Positions 1-10,500 of a stretch of DNA of 26,637 bases are shown here, piece by piece. A program made the translations under genes and the position numbers. Within the stretch, counting starts at the first letter, position 1. Every line of letters begins with the position of its first letter. Under the pieces are notes generated by a model. That model saw nothing but the letters and a program-made list of their open reading frames with translations, had not been told where the DNA came from and made no database searches. Source of the DNA: a virus (lineage: Duplodnaviria > Caudoviricetes); IMG/VR virus record IMGVR_UViG_3300025103_002323, positions 1 through 26,637 of that record; one strand, 5' to 3'.

Positions 1-1299
1 TTTAATTGCATAATAATTAGAGGTGTTATTATAAGTTCCACCATACTGCATCGAGTGTTGGTAGCCTCTCCAGTTAGTATCAGTAGATTCACGACCACCT
101 ATGACACATTCAATCCAATAAAATCTATGATTATCAGCAGTTAATGTCGCGGTTGTATATGCTCCAGTTCCCCCAGTCTCTGTATCATTTAATTCTTTAA
201 AAGCATTGACGGACATGTTCTGACTTGTACCATCTGGGTCAAAATGTGCTTGGAATACCATTTTCATTGGAGTTGTTGCGGGAACACTTAAGCTCGTAAA
301 CTCTTTAACAACAGCAGAGGCTGTACCACCAGTAGTCGATATAGTAGTACCTACATCTGACGCTATTAGTTCCCACTGACCACCACCTGACGCAGCAGCC
401 CATTGTGGTGCTGATGTAGTTCCTTGACTCGTAAATACTGTACCAGATGCACCGAAAGCTAACTCAGTAACATCACCACTACTATCGACATATATAGACC
501 TATTAGCAGTACCATTAATAGCGGTAAGTGCGGGGACTCCAGATAGTGTCGTACCACCAGCTGTAGCTGTACCTGTGATTATTGCATTACCAAATATGTA
601 TGCATCACCGTCTTCATCTACCATGAATTTTGTAAGGTCTGACCCGCCAGTCTTAGCACGTACAGAGAAGATGTTTCCATCTGACGTAATATTTCCTACA
701 GTGTCTGACCCATCATGCTCTGCTGCATAGAGATTAATTAGACCTACGCCTGATGTACTTTTAGTTGTATCTGCAGTACCACCAAAAGATTTTATTACTG
801 TTGGAGTAGTTAATGCATCATCTTGTGCAATGGAGGTTATTTGTAAACCACCTAGTGTAGCATGAGTCTTTTGAAAGGCTGCATAGGTATCTGTTTCAGA
901 ACCTAAAGTCGTTAATCCGTGTCCAACATCACTCGACTTAAATGCAAGTATTTCATTATCATTTGCGCCTTGGTTAATTGTCACACCGATAGTGCTCTTA
1001 GCATTAGCAGTTTCATTTACGTATAGGGTATCAGATAAGGAAACTACACCTGCATTTGTCATGGTTGCTTGACCAGACATAGTTACCCATGCACTAGACC
1101 CCGCTGACGTACCACCTACAAGCAGTTGTGTAGTAGTAGCCGTATCATCACCAATACCTACCTTTTTTTGCAGTTCTTTAATTGCAGCGTTTTGGTTGTT
1201 TTGATGAGCAGCCGAAACGGTATCTACATTGTCTGCAAGTGTCTCATCTAAGTTAGTATTGGTATCTAACGCGGCTGGGTATGCTGTTGTTCCTGCCAT
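1..1299 (-). CDS. Putative tail fibre / virion appendage protein, 3'-truncated by window edge (>433 aa; not in ORF track)
   Basis: ATG at 1299 after SD GAGGAG; frame reads open to position 1. MAGTTAYPAALDTNTNLDETLADNVDTVSAAHQNNQNAAIKELQKKVGIG... then G/T/S/A-rich beta-type sequence (…GVTINQGANDNEILAFKSSDVGHG…GTTSAPQWAAASGGGQWELIAS…). Short N-terminal coiled segment plus beta-rich body is typical of trimeric fibres. Confidence 0.7.
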   Translation of the reverse strand, partial: MAGTTAYPAALDTNTNLDETLADNVDTVSAAHQNNQNAAIKELQKKVGIGDDTATTTQLLVGGTSAGSSAWVTMSGQATMTNAGVVSLSDTLYVNETANAKSTIGVTINQGANDNEILAFKSSDVGHGLTTLGSETDTYAAFQKTHATLGGLQITSIAQDDALTTPTVIKSFGGTADTTKSTSGVGLINLYAAEHDGSDTVGNITSDGNIFSVRAKTGGSDLTKFMVDEDGDAYIFGNAIITGTATAGGTTLSGVPALTAINGTANRSIYVDSSGDVTELAFGASGTVFTSQGTTSAPQWAAASGGGQWELIASDVGTTISTTGGTASAVVKEFTSLSVPATTPMKMVFQAHFDPDGTSQNMSVNAFKELNDTETGGTGAYTTATLTADNHRFYWIECVIGGRESTDTNWRGYQHSMQYGGTYNNTSNYYAIK

Positions 1300-1309
1300 T
1301 CCCTCTCCT

Positions 1310-1474
1310 CTAGGCTAATCGCCTTCTTCTTATTCTTCTGTATATATTCTGAATCTCTACAGCAGAGTATTTAAACTTACCGTATAAATTACCAGAACCA
1401 CCGTACTGTTCTTCACTGCCGACATTACCGGCAGCAATTCCTACGTTACCAGCGCCTGTCGTAAGACCAGCCAT
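1310..1474 (-). CDS. 54-aa protein with Gly-rich N-half and Arg-rich C-terminus (not in ORF track)
   Basis: ATG overlaps the upstream stop as TAATG at 1472-1476 and the ORF fills the gap to the next SD. MAGLTTGAGNVGIAAGNVGSEEQYGGSGNLYGKFKYSAVEIQNIYRRIRRRRLA*, ending TAG. Confidence 0.75.
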   Translation of the reverse strand: MAGLTTGAGNVGIAAGNVGSEEQYGGSGNLYGKFKYSAVEIQNIYRRIRRRRLA

Positions 1475-1944
1475 TATACTCTAAATGTCCCTGTTACTGA
1501 AAACGTAAACGAAGCATCATCTGTACCAGCATCTGTCACTGTCCACTTGATACGGAGTGCATCACCCCATGCAAGGTCAGCAACTGAACCAGCCGTCAGT
1601 GCTCCATCATTAATTGTTCCAGACGTTTCACCGCCTGTAGCACCGGGATATACATCAGCACGATACTTCTTTGCACCCCCGTTACCTAAGACTTCTGCGA
1701 AGGATATAATATCCATCCAGTCTCCGTTAGGCATTTCTCGCTGAATAAATACAGCAAGTTTGTCGCCTACATCTGTGGCTGCGGCTGTAACATCAAGCAT
1801 GAAGTAAGCACTCGTATATGGAGCAAGTCCTTTCACAGTTGTTGTATCAGCAGCAGTTCGTGCAGCAGACGATACTAAAGTTAAGTTGTCCATATAGGGC
1901 ATAGAATTTTGTAAATTGTGCCCATAAGATACTCCACCTGACAT
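1474..1944 (-). CDS. Virion structural protein, predicted beta-sandwich (156 aa)
   Basis: Alternating hydrophobic beta-strand patterns (AYFMLDVT, LAVFIQ, LRIKWTV, FTFSVTGTF); lies downstream of capsid genes; SD-like AAGGAAG upstream. Confidence 0.6.
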   Translation of the reverse strand: MSGGVSYGHNLQNSMPYMDNLTLVSSAARTAADTTTVKGLAPYTSAYFMLDVTAAATDVGDKLAVFIQREMPNGDWMDIISFAEVLGNGGAKKYRADVYPGATGGETSGTINDGALTAGSVADLAWGDALRIKWTVTDAGTDDASFTFSVTGTFRV

Positions 1945-1959
1945 TTTCCACTTCCTTTA

Positions 1960-1988
1960 TAGTAGAAGGGGGGAACTTAATCCCCCCT
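1960..1988 (-). terminator. Intrinsic terminator-like hairpin after the capsid/decoration genes
   Basis: Perfect 8-bp stem AGGGGGGA/TCCCCCCT (1967-1974 with 1981-1988), 6-nt loop, followed on the minus strand by an imperfect U-tract (TCTACTAT), so probably leaky. Confidence 0.7.
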
Positions 1989-1999
1989 AACTAGCTATA

Positions 2000-2425
2000 C
2001 TAAACTCTCATATGAAAGATCATCGTTGTATACGCAGCGTGAGTCCCATGTGAGGACTGCACGTCAACTTGAACTACGTCACCTTTTGTAAAATAGGTTT
2101 CATCAGATGCAGCTATTGCTGTACCAAACTCACCTGTAGATTCCGCAGTTAGTGTTAGCGTAGAGTACGCAGCAGTCGTGGCGTTAATAAGTCGTATTAC
2201 TGTATCAGTGCCACCAGACTTCCCCCCGACAAAATAATCATACATATCTATGTACCCAGAAGCAGGAGCAGAGAAGGCAGCGACCACACCAGTGGTGAGA
2301 TCACCCATTCCCTCATCTTCTGCTAAGTTTCCGGGAATGTGTATTCCTATCGGTAATCGAAAGTGATCATCAACTTTGGGCATAGTATGACCAAAGAACC
2401 GATATGATTCTGCAGTGTTACCCAT
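2000..2425 (-). CDS. Putative capsid decoration/cement protein (141 aa)
   Basis: Immediately follows the MCP, has the strongest SD in the window and precedes the terminator, implying high copy number; beta-rich (FTKGDVVQVDV). Confidence 0.6.
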   Translation of the reverse strand: MGNTAESYRFFGHTMPKVDDHFRLPIGIHIPGNLAEDEGMGDLTTGVVAAFSAPASGYIDMYDYFVGGKSGGTDTVIRLINATTAAYSTLTLTAESTGEFGTAIAASDETYFTKGDVVQVDVQSSHGTHAAYTTMIFHMRV

Positions 2426-2429
2426 TTAT

Positions 2430-2444
2430 ATCACCTCCTCCTTT
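2430..2444 (-). promoter_or_regulatory. Extended Shine-Dalgarno site AAAGGAGGAGGTGAT
   Basis: AGGAGGTGAT is complementary over 10 nt to the conserved 16S rRNA 3' end (AUCACCUCCU); just upstream of the ATG at 2425. Confidence 0.85.
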
Positions 2445-3693
2445 AACTTAAGGTTGTACTTAGACCGTAGATCCAGCCATGAGCCTTATCTGCGTTTCGT
2501 ACTTCCATTGTGTACTCACCAGTAATAGCAGCAATCTGTCGGTCGCCGTCTACTGGGACTGGTGTGGTGAAGAATGAACGGTCGTTGCCGTTACCCTTTA
2601 GTGCACCAATTCCGATATACTCTCTTTGAAGTATAATCAAATCTGAGGGTTGTACGTAGCGATCAAGAACAATGTCTAGGTCACCAAACTCAGACTCGTA
2701 AGTACCTACAATTACACCGAGTGCACTTTCCATTCGGTCAGTCCGTACATACGGGCTAGCGAAAGAAGAAAGAACTCGTTTCTGTGTTGCGTTTACTAGA
2801 ATCGTGTCTGGCTTTCCACCATCATTCCAGATGTTTTGTAGTTCATCTACAAGAAGCTTCTCAGTCAGTTTGGCTGAAGAAGCATCTGTTGAGTTCGCGC
2901 TTGTACCGGTTTTAATAAACCCGTAAAGCCCACCCATTCTTCGTGCTGTTTGTGCAGCATTAGCCGAAGGAACGTCATTCCTGATACCGTAGTGAGCAGC
3001 TCTTTCAAGCTTAATTACGATTTCTTGGAACTTCTTAGCAAACTCTCTATCAAACTCATTAGTAATACCAAACTTCTCAATTGACTCTGAAGTACCAGAA
3101 ACTGATACTGCATCGTGAAAGATTTGAGTGTAATTACTATCTGTGCCTAGTGCAGTTGAATTATAGACCGTAGAGAAGGTCGCACCATCTGCTTGTAGGT
3201 TACCGAGATTATAGATAGTCTGACCAGATACGTTAACATCTAGTCCGTGACCACCATCTTCAGTCTCGTCTGCTGCAGCAATAGTTAGTGTACCTCCAGA
3301 GGTACTCATTGCTGTAACAACACCATAAGTTCGTGCTACGTTACCAACTGCAATCAAGTCACCTATCTTAAAGTAATTAACTGAAGTTGTTCCAACTGTT
3401 AATGTTTCACCACCTGATCCATCTGAACCAGTTAGTAAAACTTGTGAAGGGATCAATTCATCACTCTGCCATGTATGTGTTGTATTAAGACACGGGTACG
3501 CTAGTGAATCAGCACCTGCTACTGCAGATCCTGCTTCATCACCCATGCCTAACATGGAAAGTAATGGAATGTCCCTTGGGTCGATTGCATCAATAAATTC
3601 TGATACATTCTGTTTCTGGGTATAAGCACCGCTATCAAAGATAGACCTCATACCACCGGCGGCACCATCTGTGCCGGTAAATGCCGTTACCAT
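2443..3693 (-). CDS. Major capsid protein, DUF5309 / SU10-like HK97-fold family (416 aa)
   Basis: Family motifs: VSEFIDAIDPRDIPLLSM, HTWQSDEL, NYTQIFHDAVSVSGT, LERA..YG, RRMGGL, IWNDGGKPDTILVN, YESEFGDLDIVLDRY, GEYTMEVRN; SD GGAGG; follows scaffold. Confidence 0.92.
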   Translation of the reverse strand: MVTAFTGTDGAAGGMRSIFDSGAYTQKQNVSEFIDAIDPRDIPLLSMLGMGDEAGSAVAGADSLAYPCLNTTHTWQSDELIPSQVLLTGSDGSGGETLTVGTTSVNYFKIGDLIAVGNVARTYGVVTAMSTSGGTLTIAAADETEDGGHGLDVNVSGQTIYNLGNLQADGATFSTVYNSTALGTDSNYTQIFHDAVSVSGTSESIEKFGITNEFDREFAKKFQEIVIKLERAAHYGIRNDVPSANAAQTARRMGGLYGFIKTGTSANSTDASSAKLTEKLLVDELQNIWNDGGKPDTILVNATQKRVLSSFASPYVRTDRMESALGVIVGTYESEFGDLDIVLDRYVQPSDLIILQREYIGIGALKGNGNDRSFFTTPVPVDGDRQIAAITGEYTMEVRNADKAHGWIYGLSTTLS

Positions 3694-3712
3694 TTAGGTT
3701 TCCTCCAAATAT

Positions 3713-4525
3713 TTATTGGAGTCCAAAGCTTCTCTTGTAAGAAAGTATTTCCCCTTGAAGTGCAACAGCCACTGCGAGTTTCCGTCCCTTTCGGGCCTGT
3801 TCGTATCTTTCCTCCAGCTCAATTAGCCCTGCGTTGACACTATCAGTGCCGTCGCGCCTACTCGTTGAGGCAGTTTCAGATCCACGCGATGTTCCCGGTG
3901 TACGGGAAGCTTCTTCTTGTGCAGGAATCTCTGCCTCCCTAGTAGGTGTGACTGCGGAAAGTAACTCTTCTTTTAATGCGCTCATTCTACTGTCTAGTTT
4001 AGAATCTTGCGCTCTTTTATTTAAGTCACCAGCCATACGCCAAACTTCTTGGGGAGTTGCAGCAGAAGATAATGCACTAGGGTCAACATCAGTAAATGTA
4101 GCTACTGCTTGCTGAATAGTATTTTGTAGAACTTGTTGGCGATTAACCTGTTCTGCCCTACGATCTTCTTCAGCTTGTGCAACAACTTGTTCACGTTGTC
4201 GTCTTTCTTCAAGAACCGTTTTGGCTCCATCTGTGTCATCGACCTCGATTAATCTTTCTTCAAGAATATTGATAGCGCCATCTTTCGATTTAAGCTGCTC
4301 GTCATAATAAGATTGTAATCCCGTGTACCACTCTTGGTATTTACCTTCAAGGTCACGTTCTTGTTCCCCCATCTTACGAGCCATATCACCAACTCTTGAG
4401 TTCAAGTCTTTCTTCTCGGCCTCTAGTTCTGCGATTTTGGTCTGCATGTCATCTGATGACAGATTGGGATTTTGATCAAGTGAGTCCGCAGACTGCTCTA
4501 CAACATCCTCTGTTTCGTTAGTCAT
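3713..4525 (-). CDS. Capsid scaffolding protein (270 aa)
   Basis: Acidic N-terminus, long coiled coil, disordered linker and a C-terminal helix-turn-helix (LEERYEQARKGRKLAVAVALQGEI) reminiscent of the P22 scaffold coat-binding domain; directly upstream of MCP; SD GGAGG. Confidence 0.85.
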   Translation of the reverse strand: MTNETEDVVEQSADSLDQNPNLSSDDMQTKIAELEAEKKDLNSRVGDMARKMGEQERDLEGKYQEWYTGLQSYYDEQLKSKDGAINILEERLIEVDDTDGAKTVLEERRQREQVVAQAEEDRRAEQVNRQQVLQNTIQQAVATFTDVDPSALSSAATPQEVWRMAGDLNKRAQDSKLDSRMSALKEELLSAVTPTREAEIPAQEEASRTPGTSRGSETASTSRRDGTDSVNAGLIELEERYEQARKGRKLAVAVALQGEILSYKRSFGLQ

Positions 4526-4546
4526 ACTAATCCTCCATTCATATTT

Positions 4547-4575
4547 ATTATAACACTTTTGTCAAGTTTATGCAA
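4547..4575 (-). promoter_or_regulatory. Sigma70/SigA-type promoter for scaffold-capsid genes
   Basis: TTGCAT (4575-4570), 17 bp, TATAAT (4552-4547) with extended -10 TGn; in the 53-bp intergenic gap. Confidence 0.8.
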
Positions 4576-4578
4576 GCA

Positions 4579-7500
4579 CTAGTCTCTATACTTTGCAATT
4601 CTTGGTGTTCTAGATGGGTATTTAAACGTTGCAGACCTTGCTCCATAACTAGATCCTGCTCCCCCTAGAAGTGTTTTAGTTTGATATATTAACTTCAGTG
4701 CCTGTAACCATTCATTAAATGAGTAGTTTGCACCAATTGGAAATGTCTTATACATTGCTCGTAACATTCTTTCTTGATTCTTTGTTAAAGGTTTACCAGC
4801 AAATCCACCTATAATAGCTTGTTCTAACTCATCATCATGGAATACCATATTAATATGTCGAGTAAGCTCAGCCCATGTAGGAAGACCTCCTGCACCGCTA
4901 CTGGAAGGATTAGCTATTTTACTCTTCGTAGCACTAGGTCTTTCAAAAGAAGTAGTTGGTAATGCATTCTTAATCTGTCGTCTATTGATAGGCTGTATGC
5001 CGGTCGCTAATGCCACTATAGAAGCAAGTGCATCAACATATTGATAGGTGGCTATCTTACTATCTTCATTTGCTATCCCACTTGAATTAGTATTAGCTAA
5101 CAATGTTCTCACTTGTCTATTGTCTACTAGCTCTGGGAAAAGACCTATCAATCTAGGGAACATACTTTCCCACATATCTATAATATCTTCTCGACTACCT
5201 ATACCGTTTCTTGCAAATGTTTCAAAGATGTAGTCTGCAGGTATAGGAACATCTGAACTTCCATAATAGCGAGAGACTATAGAAGCTTTAATGTTTGCTC
5301 CTTCATTTGAGAGTACGGGGTTCTGCCCCATATCAAACAGCTGATACTTTCTAGAAATATTTAAAGCGTTCTTACCTGTAGAGGGGAACCCGCCAGAGGC
5401 ATTGGCCGCCTCAGGAGATGAGCTAGAAAAGTCTAATCGTGCAGGGGTATCCACATCACTTTGTGATGGAAGCTCCAAACTATTACGCTTCTCCTGTACA
5501 ACTCCAAGAGACCAGCCAGTTGGATGTCTCTCTTCATTAAGCTTCTTTACATACTCTGCTTCATCCCACATTTTCTTATCCTGTAGTTGCTTAACAGTTG
5601 CAAAAGAAACTATTTGTGATTCAGCATCCTTTACAAAGTACTTATAGTAGTTAAGATGTGCGGGGTTATCAATTGGATTTAACTTTAAGTAAATGTTATT
5701 CTCTCGTGCAAACGCAAGCTCACGATGTACGGCATATGCTTGATTAAACTCATCTATGGTCTGCTGGTTATGTATAGTCTTTTCTTGATTAGGTGCCCAA
5801 AAGTGTGTCTGATCCTTGACAGGAGTTTCTAAACTTATCTGTGTTTGTAGTACAGTTTTTTTCTCTTCCCACTGACCATCTTTCATATCTTGAAAAGTAA
5901 TATTATCAACAGTTTTTAATCTCTTGTCAATCTGAGAAATGAGTTCAGACTCACTGTAGTCTTGTCGCTGCATCCATATCTGACCATACTCATTTTCATT
6001 TAACCAAGCTAATACGTCTGTTCGTGTAGGTGGTTTCCAATTCATTCTAAGATATTCGTTATGTTTAGAAACTGCCACTATATCTTGGTTAAATCCTTGT
6101 AACTCGTATGTGTCACTTATCTGATCCATAACACTACGCATAACCTTTTCGATTGCAGTATCTACTATTTGGTCTAAGTCAGCTGTGCTAGCTTCGTACA
6201 TTTTATAAAGTCTAAATTGTTCAGGGTCTTTTTCTTGTATACCCTTTTCCCACTTTTCGACATCTTTATAATACTGAGGCCAATTAGTCGCATTAGTTCC
6301 CCTAACAGTGTAGATTTCTCTAAATTCATCTGAGAATAATCTTGGGATAGTTGTATACCGTTCTTTCTTTAAGAACTGTACATAGCTTTCTAACTGCCAT
6401 GCATTAAACATGTCAACAGTAATGAATTCTTTTTTATACTTTACACCACTTCTTTCAAACTTCTCTTCTAGAATTTCATCTATAACTGACTCAACGTCTT
6501 CTCGTTTAACTGTCTTATAGACTCCATTTGGAAATAGGTTATCTAATACACTCTCTATTTTCTGAACACCTGCTAAAGGATTATCCCCAAAGAGTGTCAT
6601 AAACATATCATCTCGTATAAGATTTTCTTGCATAAGCTCGTAAAATAGTTTTGAATCTCCAAAGGACCTTTTATCTATTGAAAAGTTTGCAGCTGGATCT
6701 CCATAAGAAGAGTCGTCTAACCCACCTGTGTTTACTCCTGTTGCTTCAAATATTCTTTTACTTCCTTCAAGAATACGCATCCTTCGTTTTTCTTGTGCAA
6801 GCGTTCTAGCTTTCCAAAAGTCTTCATTAGGAGCAGCAGCCTCTGTAAGTCCTAGTGAATTATACAAAGACTCTTGTTCACCATCAGGAGAAGAAGGTAC
6901 AGGTACTCGTTCGCCGGGAATTTGTGACAACTCAATTTCATAAAGAGTGTTAGCTTCTTCTAGTAATGCATACTTCATAGTGGTTGCTTGAGCTGTTTTA
7001 ATTGGGTCTGATTCATACTTTTTATTATTTAACCAGTTTCTAACCCATGGACTCTTATTAAAGTACTCTTGATATGCTTTACTTTTCTGTCCTTTAGTCA
7101 AAGAACGATCCTGTACTATCTCGTAATATTTACTCATTACATCAGATGCATTAATCATTCGACCAGTTTCAGGATCTTTAACTCTTTGATGTGCAATATT
7201 TAATGGAGCACCAGATAATATAGATGTGGCATCTCTTATAGATCTAAACGTAGCGGCTTCTCTAACTATCTTAGAGTGTATGTCTGATACAGGTCCTGCA
7301 TTTATTGTCTTACCAGTTACAGGATTAGTCATCTTACCAACAGAACTTAACTCGTGCCCAAAGACTTCTCCCATAGCACTTCCCACTGTATGTAAAAGGG
7401 GAACATTAATGATAGGATTTTGTTTATTACGGCTCCATGCATCCCAAGCGATCAGCAATCGTTGTAGTTCTGGATTCTGCTCAGGGTCTGATCCGTATCG

Positions 7501-10500
7501 GTTACCATCATCATCTGTTGCTGTCATAATAATATTTAGTGCAGCATTTGCGTATTGCCAATCTATCTCTCGTATATCTCTGTTTGTTCTAATAAGCTGT
7601 GTCTTATGGTGTGTTCCTGTTAATGCAGAAGCTAAGCCTAATAGAGTATCCGTAGGCCGTGTTAAAGAACCAATAGTTTTCTCAAGTACGTCAGTCTCTT
7701 CTCCAAAAGGCTTTTCTATTAGTCCCGTTTCTCCAAGAATAGAAACTCCTGCAGTAAAGATAGGGTTAATAGGTAACATAAGTTTACCACTGTACATATC
7801 TATCGCTTTACCAGTAGCACTAAAGTTCTCCCAATTCTTAAGAGGGTCCTCTCCTTCACGGGGTGTACGTCCTCCTGATGGATAATAATCAAACATATCA
7901 TTCCAAAAGAGAAACGAGTTTACGTTTAATGTTGAGTTTGTAGAGTACTTCTCTGCAGTAGAAACCCAACCTCCGGGATCTATCCCCATCGCTTTTGACA
8001 TACCAAAGAAGGGTTGTAATGCTTGTCCGATAGGCAAGTCTCTTTCAGCCCATGAAGATGTTTCACTGTCCCTGTTAATAGCAGTCATAGTCTGTAACAT
8101 CTGACTAGCTTTATTTAAGAACTGTGGATTTTCTGCTATATGTGCAGCGAGTTTGGCAGTAGTTCGTGTCTGCCAAATATGCCATGGACCTAACCAACGT
8201 ATCATGTAGTCAATGTTGTTTGTGTTATTGTAGTCGTGTAGTATCCAGTCAGCTTGTGCGACTCCAAGTTTTCTAGAGACTCTTCGCAGTTTATTCGATT
8301 GTTCAGCAGCAGCTTCCATAAAGTCTTGTAAGCGTAAGCCAATTTCCTCAGGAACAACTCTACCTGCTAGAGGGTTATCTATGATAGTCTTGCCACCACG
8401 AGTAGCTAATCTTTGCTCCTCAAATATTCTTTGTTGAGCGATAAACTCTTCAAGAGCGTCTTCAAGTCTATATTTAGGATTACCATATATAGGCCAGCCT
8501 TTTTCCCACTGGTCTTCCATATAGTGAGCAAGACGAAGTAATGCACGTCTTCGTATGTTCCTTTCGGCATTCTGCTTTACACGATCTCCAGCCTCTGTAA
8601 TTATCTTCCCATCTTTATTTCTAACAACTTTAGTAGACTTTGTAACTATCCCCATAATTCCTTTGTATTCTTTTGAATTAGAATCTTTTAAGTTCTGTAC
8701 TTCATCTAGTACTTTCTTTAATTCTGCCTGTGCAAAAGATGGGTCGTGTCCTTTAGCCCCAGAAGAACCAGACCATGATACTTGGTATCCTGTCCAGTTA
8801 TGGTCTCCCCGTGTGTACATTCCTACAGACTTACCTATTCTTGTTTTATGCTTTGCCATATCTTTTTTGTATTTAATAAGAGGCTTCATAGCTTCTACAA
8901 TTTCTGCTTCAGTAGCGTCTTCTCTAACAAAGACTGCAAGTCGCCTACCATCTACTCCCCAAGAATCATCTGTAATTACAGGCATGTACCCTTCAGGAGC
9001 ACCTTGCATAAATACACGTCCGTGTACCCCTTGAGGAGGAATCTCTATATCTTCTAATTTAAGAGGGTCTACTTTAGCTGCAGGGGCCATTCCATAGTTA
9101 GCAGGAAGTACTGCTTCATCTCCTTGAAAGACAAAGTTACGATTACCTTCTTTAGTCATTTCAGGCAGCCGCCATGGGTCAGATCCAATAGGTATATCCT
9201 TCTGCCTATTAAACTCTATTTGAGCAGGGCTTAATATATTAGCTCTTGTTTCTTGTGCACCTTCTAGACCTGCAGTTTGTCCTCTAGGAATAATTCTACT
9301 TACTATTGGAATAGAAAATGTGTGTTTGCTTTCTTTATCTGTACCAGCTAGTATCTTTTGCTCCAACCTAAAGTTAAACGCATCTGCCTCTGTTGTTCTA
9401 ATTTTAGGCACTCCCCAGTAATTTATGTGGTTTATCCAGTTCTCTTTATCAATAAAGTGTTCTGGAGTAAGTAACTCTGGAGGAAAGTTTTTAAGACGAT
9501 CTGCTATACTATTGATATACGGAACATCTAGCTCAGCGTCTAAGTATAAATTAGACCACTCAACTGTTTGCCTTCTTTGCCAATCATCTATTCGATCTAA
9601 GAAGTTTGCTGAAAAGGATTCTTGAGGAATACCTTTTGCAATATCTTCATTAAGTCGTTGATGTAGTCTATGCAGTACTGCAAGAGTAGGACCAGTCTTA
9701 GCTAAGTTTGATTCATAGTTACCTATTTGATCATGCCAAACGTCAAGCCCATTAGCTGCTGAAGTACTTCGTCCATTTTTACGCAAGTCTAGTGGCCGTG
9801 TCTCTATTCCTAGCTCTTCAGCTAATCTGTTATAATTAGATATTTGTGTCTGTACAAATCCTTCAAAAGTTTTACTAGAATCGGCTGGGTCTACTCGTCT
9901 AGCTCCTTGAAAAGATTCAATAATAGTTTCAACAAGTTCATCACTTCTTTTCTTCGCCTCATTTATACTACCAACTTGACCAAACCTATCTGTAAGTCTG
10001 AGAATATTTTGAATAGCACTTTGACTTGCTGAAGTTAATTCTCGTTCAAAGTCTCTGATCTTATATAAGTCAGCCATTTCAAGAGAACGCCTAGTAGCAC
10101 GATCAGCTAGTATATCTAAAGCTTGCCCAAGTTCCCCCATCTTTGCTTCTGCTTGCTCAGGAGTAAGTACAGGTGTTCTTTCAAAACCACGACCGCGACT
10201 AGGCACACCCCTCCCCAACGGACGGCCAGCTTCTATTGAAACATAACCAGAACGTACTCCGGGTGCATCTATTGCTCCCCAAATTAATCCTTCATCAATT
10301 AGGCGTATTAATCCTTTGTTTACTTCAGCGTTACTCCACAAGTATTTGTACTCTTTAAACCACTGATCTCTAATTTTTTGTGGGTCTAATAATCGTTTTA
10401 CTCCATCGTTACTAAATTCAATAACATCTAGTAATGTCTGGTGTAGTACGCGTTCTCTATATTCTGGAGGTTGTCGTATCCATACAGCCTCATCTACTTC

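Noticed and set aside
2420-2450. Programmed frameshift or readthrough fusing MCP to the next gene (T7 10A/10B-like)
   Set aside because: The downstream ATG is immediately preceded by an in-frame TAA, the MCP frame meets TGA shortly after its stop, and the downstream gene has its own strong SD.
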